Of a DNA stretch of 64,000 nucleotides, positions 12,664 through 26,125 are shown piece by piece. Position 1 is the stretch's first letter. Each line of letters starts with the position of its first letter. This stretch comes from Spizellomyces punctatus DAOM BR117 (lineage: Eukaryota): assembly GCA_000182565.2 (NCBI GenBank), contig KQ257464.1; one strand, written 5' to 3'. Below the pieces are notes generated by a model. It worked only from the letters and a program-made list of their open reading frames with translations. It had not been told where the DNA came from and searched no databases. Made by a program: the position numbers and the translations under genes.

Positions 12664-15600
12664 ATGCCTGTCGAGCTCTTAGAGTTTCACAGGTCTATGG
12701 TAGAGGACCTCATGCCCTCCGCGGTGACTCCGCTAAAATCCTCCTCAGCACTCGCAGCGACGGCACCGCGTGGCAGTGAGGGAAAGGGCGACGGATTGCT
12801 TATCGCGGCAAAGGGCTTGGGTCTCCGACGCATTCTGCTGACGTTTCTCCAGGTGTATTCGGATCCTCGGAACTTGGTTCTACTCTTAAATACTCCATCT
12901 AGAGAAGTGGACGTATTAAGGGAAGATCTAATGGCTGCCATTGCTGCTCGTACTCCGCTAGAAGGGGCCAACAAGGTGCATCCTAATCTGTTTAAAGTTA
13001 TAAACAATGAAACGCCAGCCAGTGACAGGTATGCACAGGCTATGTTCATGGAGCGTTTGGGAGTAGGATGGGTAGGGTGGGGGATAACCCGTAGGGATAT
13101 TGTTGTGTTCGGAGGAAAGAATGTGTACATATGTTCGGGGTTCAACAGAGATATTTCAGGAAAAGTTAAGCCGGGCATGAAGTTCACCTTTTAAATACAT
13201 CTAATATCTCGATTTATTCTGACAATGGGGTCTGCTCAGATCCGATCTGTACCGCTCTGGAGGCGTCTTGTCTGTAACATCCCGTATTCTCGTCGTGGAT
13301 ATGCTTAACAAAGTCCTGCCATTCGATCTGGTCCTCGGGATAATAGTTAACCATGCTCACAGGTGCATATCAAAGACCTTGATGAACGTAGCGCAGCATT
13401 TGGTCGCTTATGTGGTACACGTCACACTCAATCCTAAAGGGTCACCGAGACGTCAACAGAAGCTTTTATTCTTCGACTCTACCGCGACGAGAATAAGGTT
13501 CTCTCCAACAACCCCTGTGCTACTAAAAAAGAGCGATAACAAAACAAGAAGTCTGTTCTAGATTGGGTTTATCAAAGCTCTTTCTGACGAGCCGGAAGCC
13601 TTCACGCATGGATTCTGGAAACTTGAACGCTCGATGAAGCTCCTCTTTTTGCGGCACGTGTTCCTGTGGCCAAGGTGCTTGCTCTTGAATGGTCTTTTTA
13701 GATGCGAGATTGCTCTTCCACGTCATCCATCGGTGCTTAATTTCTTAAAACATCAGGTTCCATATGAGAGTTCACGAAACCTTAGAGGGATTAGGGAAAG
13801 TACATGTGATCGAGTCACAAGTACCCTACACTCAAAGCATGCGGGACATCCAAGCTGGTCTTGTCGACTGTATTGATCAGTGTTTAGCGGAGCTCCGGCG
13901 ATCTAATCCGACAGTAAGTGGATCGTATGGTTGTGCTTTGACAAACTTCGGTCCCTCATAACGTTTTACTAGATTGATGCGGAGGAGTTTACCGTTGAGA
14001 ATGCTTTCTTCCGATCATTTGATCAACTAATAAGAGTGCAGCTCGATCCTATCTGGCACCGCGTAAGTCAGAAGACAAAGCAATTGGTTGGGGACCTGAA
14101 GATCCTACGAAAGCTCTTGAGGTATTGTGAATTATATTATAAAGAATGTCTCGCTATAGGTGACCGTGCTTCCATGCGCTTTCAGCTACCTGGTGTCGTA
14201 CGACTGTGTTACATTCAATTCATTTCTGGAGACAATTGTTGCAGCGAACGCTTCGGAGCCTAGTGCGGTGTTCCGTTCCGAAGCGAGCCAGAGTCAGTGG
14301 CTATTTCTTGACGCGGCACACACGGTATTATCTGCCGCCCGCCAGAGAGTATACAGGCGGGTTGTCGGGGCAACAGGAAATCTGGAGGCGGGTATTCCGC
14401 CGGGAGTTGAACCGGTATTGGAAGAGCAGCCAAAGTGGCGAGCACTTATTGATGCGTTACGAGTAATTGAAGCTGATAGGAGTGAACTTTTGGGACGCGG
14501 AGAAGGTACTTGCAATTATCTTGATTGAGTGTGCTCTCTTGTTGATTGTAGGGCTATGCTGCAGTACCCGGGCCAGTCTTGATTATGGTTGAAGGAGATC
14601 GAGCATGCACGCAATTGCGAGAAGTGTTAGCCGACTGCGACTTGACTGTTGTGAAACCTGAAGCCGAGGAAAAGCCGTTACGTGAGACCTTTACGAAGCA
14701 ACGAAAAAAAGGGCAGATTCGGTCCTCGCAAAAACGCTCACGTTCCGAGGATGCTATAGATGAGACTCTTGAACAGGAGGGAGTCCTTGTTGAACACACT
14801 GATGCGCAAATAGAAAAGGAGGGCCAGCGACGGGGCGTATCTTTTTCCAGTACAGGGTCCGAGCAGCTTTTGAACCGCCTGATCCAAAAGTACTTTAGGT
14901 GGAAAGGAGGCATGTCAGCTGTCACACGTAATCTATTCAATAAGAGCCGAGCGGGCGGTGGTTCAAAAAGTGGTTCCACCAATGGTGAGCTGTGGTACAA
15001 GCTACGATGTAGCCACAATGTCAAGCATGCTGACTGTAGAGTCTTACTAAGTAGTGTCTGCGAATGAGGCGAGCCGTGGACGTGGACGAGGTGGGCGTGG
15101 TGCACCCCCAAACAAGCGACGAAGGGTCCGGGGCGGGAGTGCTTCGGCAACCCCAGAGACTGGAAGGACTCCAGATATTGGAGAAAGTAGTATACATACC
15201 ACCTTCGAGCAGGAGGCGGCACAAATAGCGGAATTGTAGGTTTGATTATCGTTCAAGAACTGAAGGTTTGGCACGGCTGACGTGGCCACTGCATACAGTT
15301 TAAGTCAAGCGGACCCGGTAGCAACTGTGGCTGATGACATTCAGGAGCGGCCACCAGAAGACGAGGATGTGCTGGAGCCTGAAGCCTATTTTGGTATCGT
15401 CGATCCATCTAGCAGCATCGTAATACGACCTTACGCTAGCACGTCAACATCTTTTGCTGGAGGATCTGCAGCTAACGGTGATGACGATGCGAGAGTGTTG
15501 GAAGATTTGCGACCTAGCTATATTGTCATATACGACCCGGACCTTGGCTTCATAAGAAGAGTCGAGGTATATATGCAGTTCATTCGCTTTATCGGAACGA

Positions 15601-16755
15601 TATCTCATACTTTGAATTTGAGGTCTTCCGAGCGCTCAATCCTACACATCCGCTACAGGTCCATTTTCTAGTTTATAGTAACTCTGTTGAAGAACAGCGA
15701 TTCTTATCCCAAATTCGACGGGAAAAGACAGCTTTTGAAAAGCTGATTCGGGAGAAAAGTGTACGTGTGCAACACCTCCGTTGCGTTCGTGAATGTTCAA
15801 GCTCATTTCATCGGTTCGCAGATTATGGCGATCCCAATAGACCAAGACGGGCGAACACCTAGAGATCCAGAGGAAGAGTTCTGGCAGAAATTAGATACCC
15901 GATTAGCAGGCGGGCAGCGGATACCTGCCAACGAAAAAAATCAAGTTATAGTTGACGTTCGCGAGTTCCGTTCATCACTTCCATCGCTTTTGCACGCGCG
16001 GAGGATGACATTACGTGCATGCACACTCGAAGTTGGTGACTATGTCCTTTCTCCGCAGATCTGCGTTGAACGGAAATCAATATCGGATCTTATCCAATCT
16101 CTCAAATCCGGTCGTCTGTACACGCAATGCGAGGCCATGTCGCTGCATTACAAAATACCAGTGCTGCTGATAGAATTTGACAAGGACAAGGCTTTCTCAT
16201 TGCATCTGGATCGGGATATTCGCGGGGAAATTGATGCCAGAGATGTCGGAAGCCGGCTAGCTCTCCTATGCTTGCACTTTCCAAAATTGAGGATTGTGTG
16301 GAGTTCTAGTGCAGCCGCAACCGCGGAGATTGTGGAAGATTTGAAGGTGGGGCATATCTGGAATAAAGTTCGCATTCTTGACAAATGCAGCACATTGATA
16401 TTTTCAATACATCAAATAGAAAAATCAAGAGGAACCCAGTATGGATGATGCAATGGCTGTTGGAGTGGATAATCCGGAAACCATTGATAGTGCATTTAAC
16501 ATAACCCCATCGGTAAGTCATAATCTGGTACCTACATGTCGCTTTCAGCATATAAATGACCACCAAATATAGGATGTATTACGCTCCCTGCCTGGGATTA
16601 CATCAAAAAACTACCGATACGTCATGTCAAAAGTGCAAAATCTACGAGAGCTGAGCGAGATGCCGCTTGAGCGCTGTCAGCAGCTCTTGGGACAAGAGTT
16701 TGGAAAAATGTTATATGCCTTCTTTAGGAAAAATCCCAAGGAGGAGGACATGTAA
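12664..16755 (+). CDS. RAD1: DNA repair endonuclease XPF/Rad1/ERCC4
   Basis: VTSRILVVDML helicase-like domain; nuclease motifs VDVREFRSSLP, VGDYVL and ERKSISDL; C-terminal HhH (LRSLPGITSKN). Confidence 0.95.
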
Positions 16756-16955
16756 ATGTAGACTTTTTGTTTCCCTTTTTCGGCTACCTATAAGTATATG
16801 GAGCGCTGCATGTATATAAGGTCCCCGCCAAAGATCCACTGATAACATAGCATGGTGTACCACGCGCAGAGTGGGTGATCGGATATCGTAATCAAAATGT
16901 CGCGTCCCACTGAACGACTTCCGCAACAATTGGTTTTCCATCGTCCATTAACCTA

Positions 16956-18713
16956 ATGAAAGCAATTACCATCCGGTCTATACTCATTCTTCCGCTACTC
17001 TGTACGGCCAATAAAGCTGCTTCTCCATCTTCATCCTCACTTGCCGAAACATCTCACGCCAATGCCTTCATGGATACCATTCAGTGGAGTGCGGCTGCGT
17101 ACATACGATTCACCGACACCATAGCTGCCCGTTTTGCGGGCAAATCAAAAGAAGTTTCACCTTTATCAAATTGGAGGGTAAAAAAGAGGGACAAGCGTGC
17201 TAGCGGACCATCCCAGGATGCCGTGGCACCAACTCAGAACCTTGAAGTGACATCGAAAATTCATCTTCATACACGTCAAGGTACTCATTCTTGGTGGCAG
17301 TGAAACTATGTATGTTTGTCTCATATGCCACCGTTCTATTTGGGCAGCGTCCTGTAATTGGGGACATAGTGTCGATGCGACCCTCACCCCCGTGGTGCGT
17401 TAGAAACAAATCGCGCACCTTTGATCTTGAGTTCTCTGACCTAGTAATGTCCACAGTACAACTGCACGAATACGTTGCTGAGCCAAGCCCAATTTGCATC
17501 CAAGCAATCCAATACACTCTGCTCAAGCTGCGCGAGCACGGATCTAGCATGTCAACAGGACTGTTGCACTACGATCACTACTGTGAGGCATTTGATCCGA
17601 GTAGCTTTTTTCCGCCTTAGGGTTACTGACAGACTCATATAGGGAACTCACTGCGTCTGCCCTGTCGACACCCGCGGCCCTAACTGTGCCTCTGATTGGA
17701 ATTACTTTCTCTGCACTCCTACATTGATGGATCCTTCTCTGAACGCTTGCAAATCATGGGGCCTGCTGCCAGATCAACAAACCGCAATAAATGATTACAA
17801 CAATACGGATGTTGCTTGTCCACGGTTCCCAGTGCAGGGTACCTTGAATCTCAAGTTCACGGTGTCGTGCAGTCAGCAGAACCGGCTACGGGTGAATTTA
17901 ACGAGACAGACTCATGGAGACGGTTCAGTATCTTTTACTGACGGGGAGTTTCAGTATGATGTCGGAAATCAAGACATGGTATGCAAGCCTTATTGTAATT
18001 GATGAAGCTTCAATTGGCGACTCTGGAATTAATATCCGTCTATGAGCAGTTTGCTTACTCGCACTACGACGCAGCAAACACACAGTTTCGACTCAAGTTC
18101 TTCAACTTTTTCCGTCTTTCCGATCAGTCCCACGTCTATTTCACCCCAATGAGCAGCCCCCTATCCTTTGTCGGAGAACAATTTCTCAACTTTACAGTTG
18201 ATATTGGCAATCTTACAACATCCAGCTATAGTAGGACGAGAAATGAATTTATTCCTGGAGGTCGACTGTACTTTGAAGGAGGTTCGGATGACAGCAACCA
18301 ACATTGACTTTGGGAGAGCAATTGCTCATCACTTTTCTCATTTCAAAGGAGTGTATAATCGCTTTTCCGTTGGTGGACTTGCCAGAACCACTAGGTAACC
18401 ACCCTAGAATTTACCTTGGTGTCTTTATACATTGCTCACTACTCAAACTTACCGTCAGGTACGCAAACTTCATTGATTTTTATTCCCCGGTTCCCCAGTC
18501 TGGAAATGCACCACCATACACGGCCCAAAAGGATTCTTTATCTATCGGGGCGATTGTCGGAATCGTCATTGCCTGCGTCGTGTACGTAACTCTCTGTTGA
18601 ACCAGAGTATCACATATTGTAGAATGCTAATGATGCTCGTTTCGTACAGAGTGGCAATAAGTGTGATTAATTGTTGCATAAAAGAAAAACGACGCAGGAA
18701 GAAAGCCCGATAG
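16956..18713 (+). CDS. Uncharacterised type I membrane protein with a Cys-rich/EGF-like ectodomain
   Basis: Signal peptide MKAITIRSILILPLLC; Cys-rich exons; CVCPVDTRGPNC motif; TM segment IGAIVGIVIACVV followed by the basic tail KEKRRRKKAR. Confidence 0.7.
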
Positions 18714-18925
18714 TTGTAGTTTAAGTGTTTGTTTATATGACTCTGGTACAACAAAAATTCAGTGTGGACGTGCAAGTCCACCACATCAATCTTTTCCGCC
18801 CAAATTCAACATCAACATCATACAATAAATCGTTAAGGACAATATATTTATCAATGATCCATACAGAGCACCATACGGTCATCAAACATCTGACTAATAG
18901 CGCATCCACGTATACCATCCTAATC

Positions 18926-20136
18926 CTAATTATAGAACTTGCGGTTCTCAGATGGTCCGAAAAGAAGGATCCGGATGTCGGGCAACATCTGTCATGTTCC
19001 ACGTTAATGATCTCAGTATAACAATATCCCCAACGTACACATCGGATAGCTTGCTACAGACCTGTTCAGCCAACAATTCGAGCCTCGTCTCAAGGGTGTT
19101 CGAAACTCTAATCCGCCCCTCATGAGCACTCACAACCACCCCCCCAGCGCTTTTCTCTGGTAATGGATTGGCCTCATCGATGACAACATGAGGTGATGAT
19201 CCAACTTCCTTTTCATATGCCTGCTTGGCTTGCTCGATAGCTTCCTTGACAAGGTCTACATCCTTCTGACGGCAATTGACCTTCACCTCCCGCTCCATAA
19301 GTTGGTACAATGACTACAGGGTTTGCGAAACGTAGCCGATATCAGCAATGCTATAGACACATGATTGGAAGCAGAAACAGCGAATATACCTGCAAAATAA
19401 GGTCCTTCAGCAATGTCTGGTACTTTGATCGATCATTGCTAATTTCGACAAGTCGAGAACGAGCCTCCGCTAACAACTCGTTCAAAACTTGCTGCCGTGC
19501 CTGGAGCACCTTCAGACGGCATTTGTTGACATGGTTTGATTGTGCACTGTGTCCCAAAGCCATGATCAATCAAGGAAATCGCGGCGAGAGGGAAGATTCC
19601 ATATTTACATTTTACGCTGCACTTCAGCCTGCTTCATTTTCTTCTGGTAGAAAGCTTCGATGGCAACTGTTTCCTGTCGCACAATTTTTGCTTTCTCAAT
19701 GTTGAATTCCTCATCCGCCTTAATAAAGACCCCTCCTTCTTAATTAGCTAGATACCAGCTCGACATGCAAAATCACCAAACGCACCTTAATTTTCACTTC
19801 ACGGGCTTTCTCCAATGCTTCCTGCTTGATAAACGACACCTGTGTCGAGAGAGCATGCAATAAGACATATAGGCATCTAAGACATCAGGTGCTTCAAGAT
19901 GAGCCAGTCAGTAGAGAATGCCCAACTTCTCTTAACAGTCTGCGCGCGGTATCCGCTTTACAACTTTCCGCTTTGAAATTCGAAACCATCATCTTTCAAA
20001 AGAGGATGCGCGCAGATAGAGTAGCAGTCGCCCCTTTGCGCCATTGTCCTCCAGCATGGACCCTTAACCCCGACTTTGGACGCACCATCTTCGACATCTC
20101 CTGCGCGACTTCGTTATCGTTGAGTCGGCCCGCCAT
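18926..20136 (-). CDS. VMA4: V-type ATPase V1 subunit E
   Basis: SFIKQEALEKARE, DEEFNIEK, RLKVLQAR, AGGVVV and VSNTLETRL. Confidence 0.95.
19865..20016 (-). ncRNA. Intronic box H/ACA snoRNA candidate (VMA4 intron 1)
   Basis: Two hairpins, H box AGAGAA (19927-19932), terminal AUA box plus 3 nt, and a bipartite pocket 15 nt upstream of the AUA box complementary to a conserved LSU rRNA segment. Confidence 0.7.
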
Positions 20137-20415
20137 TTTGCCTACAATATGTCGGGTTCTTCAAGTGATTGGAATAGGGTATTTCACTCTTTTTGCTCCC
20201 GTATAGAGGTCTGGTAGGATGATTTGGGCAGACGAATTTCAGGATGGGTTGGCGTGGGTATCGCGATGTCAGCCTCCACCGCACCAGCCACAGTCAGCAT
20301 TTATTCACATTCTAATCAAAAACGCCAGACTTAGCCAACTATGTTGCCCAAAACGGGAAATAGAAATCTCAACTTGTGAAGAAGGGGTTTAACGACATTC
20401 CAAAGGGTGCTGATC

Positions 20416-22601
<2,186 letters not shown>

Positions 22602-22836
22602 AGTGCATTCTGTACCACCAGAACCGCGGCCAATCATGAGAGTAGCTGTCATTGTCTTTGACTTGACAACGATGATCGTTTCCTTTAATAAAGGTGTTGC
22701 AGTGTATTGAGGATAGTACCGCTGAAAGGTGCCAGCCCCTCAAGATGGAACTAGCGGCATTATGTACAATGAGCGCCATCTTATGATATCTAAGTCTACG
22801 ACACAGCGAGAGATGTTGTTCAGTCCAATAAATTTA

Positions 22837-23725
22837 TCAGTTTATCTTGCGTTCTTTGCGGGTGCTTTTACGCGCGCGGAGTTCCTCCATTGTCTTTTCG
22901 TACTCAAATACCAAGATGTTGGGTATACTTCTCGTATCTCTGAGGAGGAACCATCGCGCAACAGGAGTATCCAAGTCGATTGCCGAAACGAACACGTTCT
23001 CTACCAGCAAAAACCAAATGAAAGCAAAGCATGTTCCTACAAGTAGACCTACGGCGACTTGCTTGGGTGTATGGTATGTGAGATGTATTCTGCTAGCATA
23101 AGTGAGCAGATTGCAACGAATATCGAAATTAGATAAAGAGAGACGCACCGTGAGTAAGCAACAAGTCCAGCAAGTGCAAATACGGTAGCTGATATTAGGA
23201 TCTTCCAAGCAGTGTGCCGGAAGTTTAGCCTGTTGGGCAGCAACAGTTTGGTAAGTACTCTGATAATAGAAGTCATGAGAGCGGCGATCCACACCTTTTG
23301 ACGGTATAAATGGTAATATAAATTGCAAAGAAGGCAACAAACTGCGAATGGCTTGAGGGCATTCCGTAACCCTTGCCCAGATACTCTAAACATTGGCATC
23401 ACGCTAGTCAATATAATCTGCACGTTCTTTACGTCAGGCACGCCTGATGCTTTACTGTACAAAACATACCAGTCGGTCGAGCTTCTTTGATGATCTTCTT
23501 AGCGGCATAGTTTACCGCTTCGTTGACCAATTGCCCCAAGAACATGAGACAGGTCGCAAGATCCCGACGGAAGGCGATAAGTGTGCAATAGGACACCAAA
23601 AGGGCGATAGGGACGAGGGATGCGTAACCCATAAGTGGACCGTAAGGATCATTTGGGTCAAACTCAACGTGAGTGAGAGATATGGCTGCTAAAGGCTTCA
23701 TTCCGGGTGGATTTGCTGCTTCCAT
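22837..23725 (-). CDS. CAX4: Dolichyl-diphosphate phosphatase (PAP2 family)
   Basis: PAP2 motifs KKIIKEARP, GYGMPSSHSQF and SRIHLTYHTPKQV. Confidence 0.9.
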
Positions 23726-23868
23726 CGTGCGGTGATCTTTTAAGACAATAATCAGCGAGATGACGAGTGACGATTGCTTCTGGCATTGCTGCGCCTTGTT
23801 ATATGTGGCACAGTTGTCGGACCCAAGATTCTCAACAAGTTGCAAGAAACTAAAATTACCTGTTGGTA

Positions 23869-25878
23869 ATGCCTGCCCGACACCTACGGTCCGTACCATG
23901 GGCCAAGCAAGAGGAGTGGGAGGAGGTTTATTCTTGGCTTTATGCCAGCGATGTGCACTTGCGGGAGAAGGGTGTCAAAAGGGTAAATCTATCGTTCCAG
24001 TTCGTACTTGAAATGTTAAGCTTATCCCTACTGTCTAGGTCAAAGCGTGGGCGAGCCGAGGCAAACTTCCTCATTCTGTAGACTCGACAGCGACACTAGT
24101 GGAGGTGTGGCTTCGGGATGGATGTGAAAGACCTGTATCGGAGCATGAAGTACGACTCATGTATACAATGGCCTTTATCCGGTATGTTTATGATTTCCCA
24201 AACAATGCACCGTGAGGTTGCTTAGGTTGTTATTATTTGAGGTTTGTGAACGGGGTGGTGGATGCCAACCAGCGGGGAATGTACGCTACAAGCGTTGCCA
24301 ATATTGCAGAAGAACTGGGGTTACCGGGCTGGTTTGTTGATCTGCGGCACGCCGGGACCCACGACCAGCTCCCAAGCTTGGCTCTTCTTCGGTCAGGCTG
24401 TGAGCAAGTGAGTGAATTGGTCGATGGCCTGCTCGGCTCATACTAAATGGTCGTTAGGCTCTCCAATGGCTTCACACAAACTATTGGAGTTTGCAAAAAG
24501 CCTACTTGGCAGACACTCTCTCAGAAGTCAGAACCCTGCTAACGACGTATAAGAAGAAAAAACGTGCATTGCTTGACAAGGAAACCGAACCTATACTCAA
24601 TGAGATTGTGGCACTTACGACGACAGATAATTACGCCGATGTACTTATTCCAACCCTGCTTGAGGAGGGGCTCCTCGTTCCAAAAAGTCAAAAGTATGTG
24701 TCACTTTTGCAATATTGATTGCAAATTTGGTCAGATCTTCATAAGAAAGATTTTGATAGAAAACGAGCGACGTTCAATGAAATGAAAGTGCCTGACGGTT
24801 TCCTGGAGCTCTGGAAAGGTCCTTTGATCCGCTTTGAGAATGCATGGCCAGGCTTTGCGGAAGAGCTGTTCCTGCACATCGTGGATATACTGACCGGTTC
24901 TGGTAAGCAGTCATTTCGCTTCCCTCATAAGACTCCTGTATCATAATGCAAGATAGTTGCAGATACTGTCCAACCCTCTACAAAATCTACCCACCAAGTC
25001 CTCGCTGCTTGGGCTCATTATGTTCTTCGTCATTTCCTTCTTGTACAGGCTTCTGGATGGGATAATGCACTTGAAGCATGTTTGAAGCGACACCATATCT
25101 AGTGCGTACTCAACGCTTGATATATTGATTGAGGAGCGAGTTTTAATTGTAGAGTATCTATCAGCACACGTGCTATGGTCGGTTGTTTTGCAGAAGCCGT
25201 ACCTAGTCTGCGCGAGAAGCTATCTCCGTTCATTACATACATGGACGCGACAGCAGCCGAACCCAAACGACGAGATGCTCAAGCGACAATGGATTCTTCT
25301 CTGGTGGAGCAGCTAGAAGTCTTGCGCGGAAGAGTTGAGGCATTCAAGAATGCAGCAGATCTCCATGTCACCTCCAAAGGAACATCCCTTCCAGGCAGCG
25401 ACGCCGAAATCAATGATGAACGTGGCTGGGTGCTGTACCCGTCCAAAGAATGGCGTCCATGCCCCATAGGATGTCTGCCGGGCGGAGTGTTGCCCAGCCT
25501 GGAACTGCCAGACTGGTTTGATGATGAAGAGTATGTGGTAAATGCAGGTAAATATGGATGTGTAGTTGATTTTATGGTTACTTTCTTTAAATGTGCGTCA
25601 CTATGTTATAGGAATAGTTCAAATCCCGGCCTACATGCCAGCCAACATGGAAGAAGCAGCGGAGGGCGGTACCCAAACGTAAGTCTTGGGGATGTAGATC
25701 TCACATTGCTTGAATATGATTTAAATTGACGTCGTTCCTCGGTCACAGAACCTCGATACTAGAAGAAGAAATTGGCGAGCCAGAAAGTGATGAGATGGAT
25801 TTGGATATGCAACCTGATCCTGCGCCTGCGGAGATTGTAGATATTGCAGCCATTTCGCGTAAAGTGGTCCTATTGTAA
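23869..25878 (+). CDS. LAS1: Pre-rRNA processing HEPN nuclease LAS1
   Basis: VPW...EWEEV, RGKLPHSVDST, MAFIRFVNGVVD, HEPN motif DLRHAGTH, and C-terminal WRPCPIG. Confidence 0.9.
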
Positions 25879-26125
25879 TTTGTATTGTAATAGAGCGATA
25901 AGTTAGACCAGACATACGGGGATGGAAATCACTTGTGGAAAATGCTGCCAACTCTTTGAATCCCTAATGCCTCTACTCGATGGACCGTTGGAACAAGTCT
26001 TTCACTGCCCATCGAGGTTCCAGATCCTAAACTTGCTTTCATGGTTGATGGCAGACTCCAAACACTTCTATTCATTCTACGAAGCAGTGTATGTACAATA
26101 TATATCGAACTACAACGATATTGCC

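Noticed and set aside
5827-20136. ATG16-WD40 and a V-ATPase subunit as a functional cluster
   Set aside because: Separated by unrelated genes, and the known ATG16L1 partner is V1H rather than subunit E. Proximity is likely chance.
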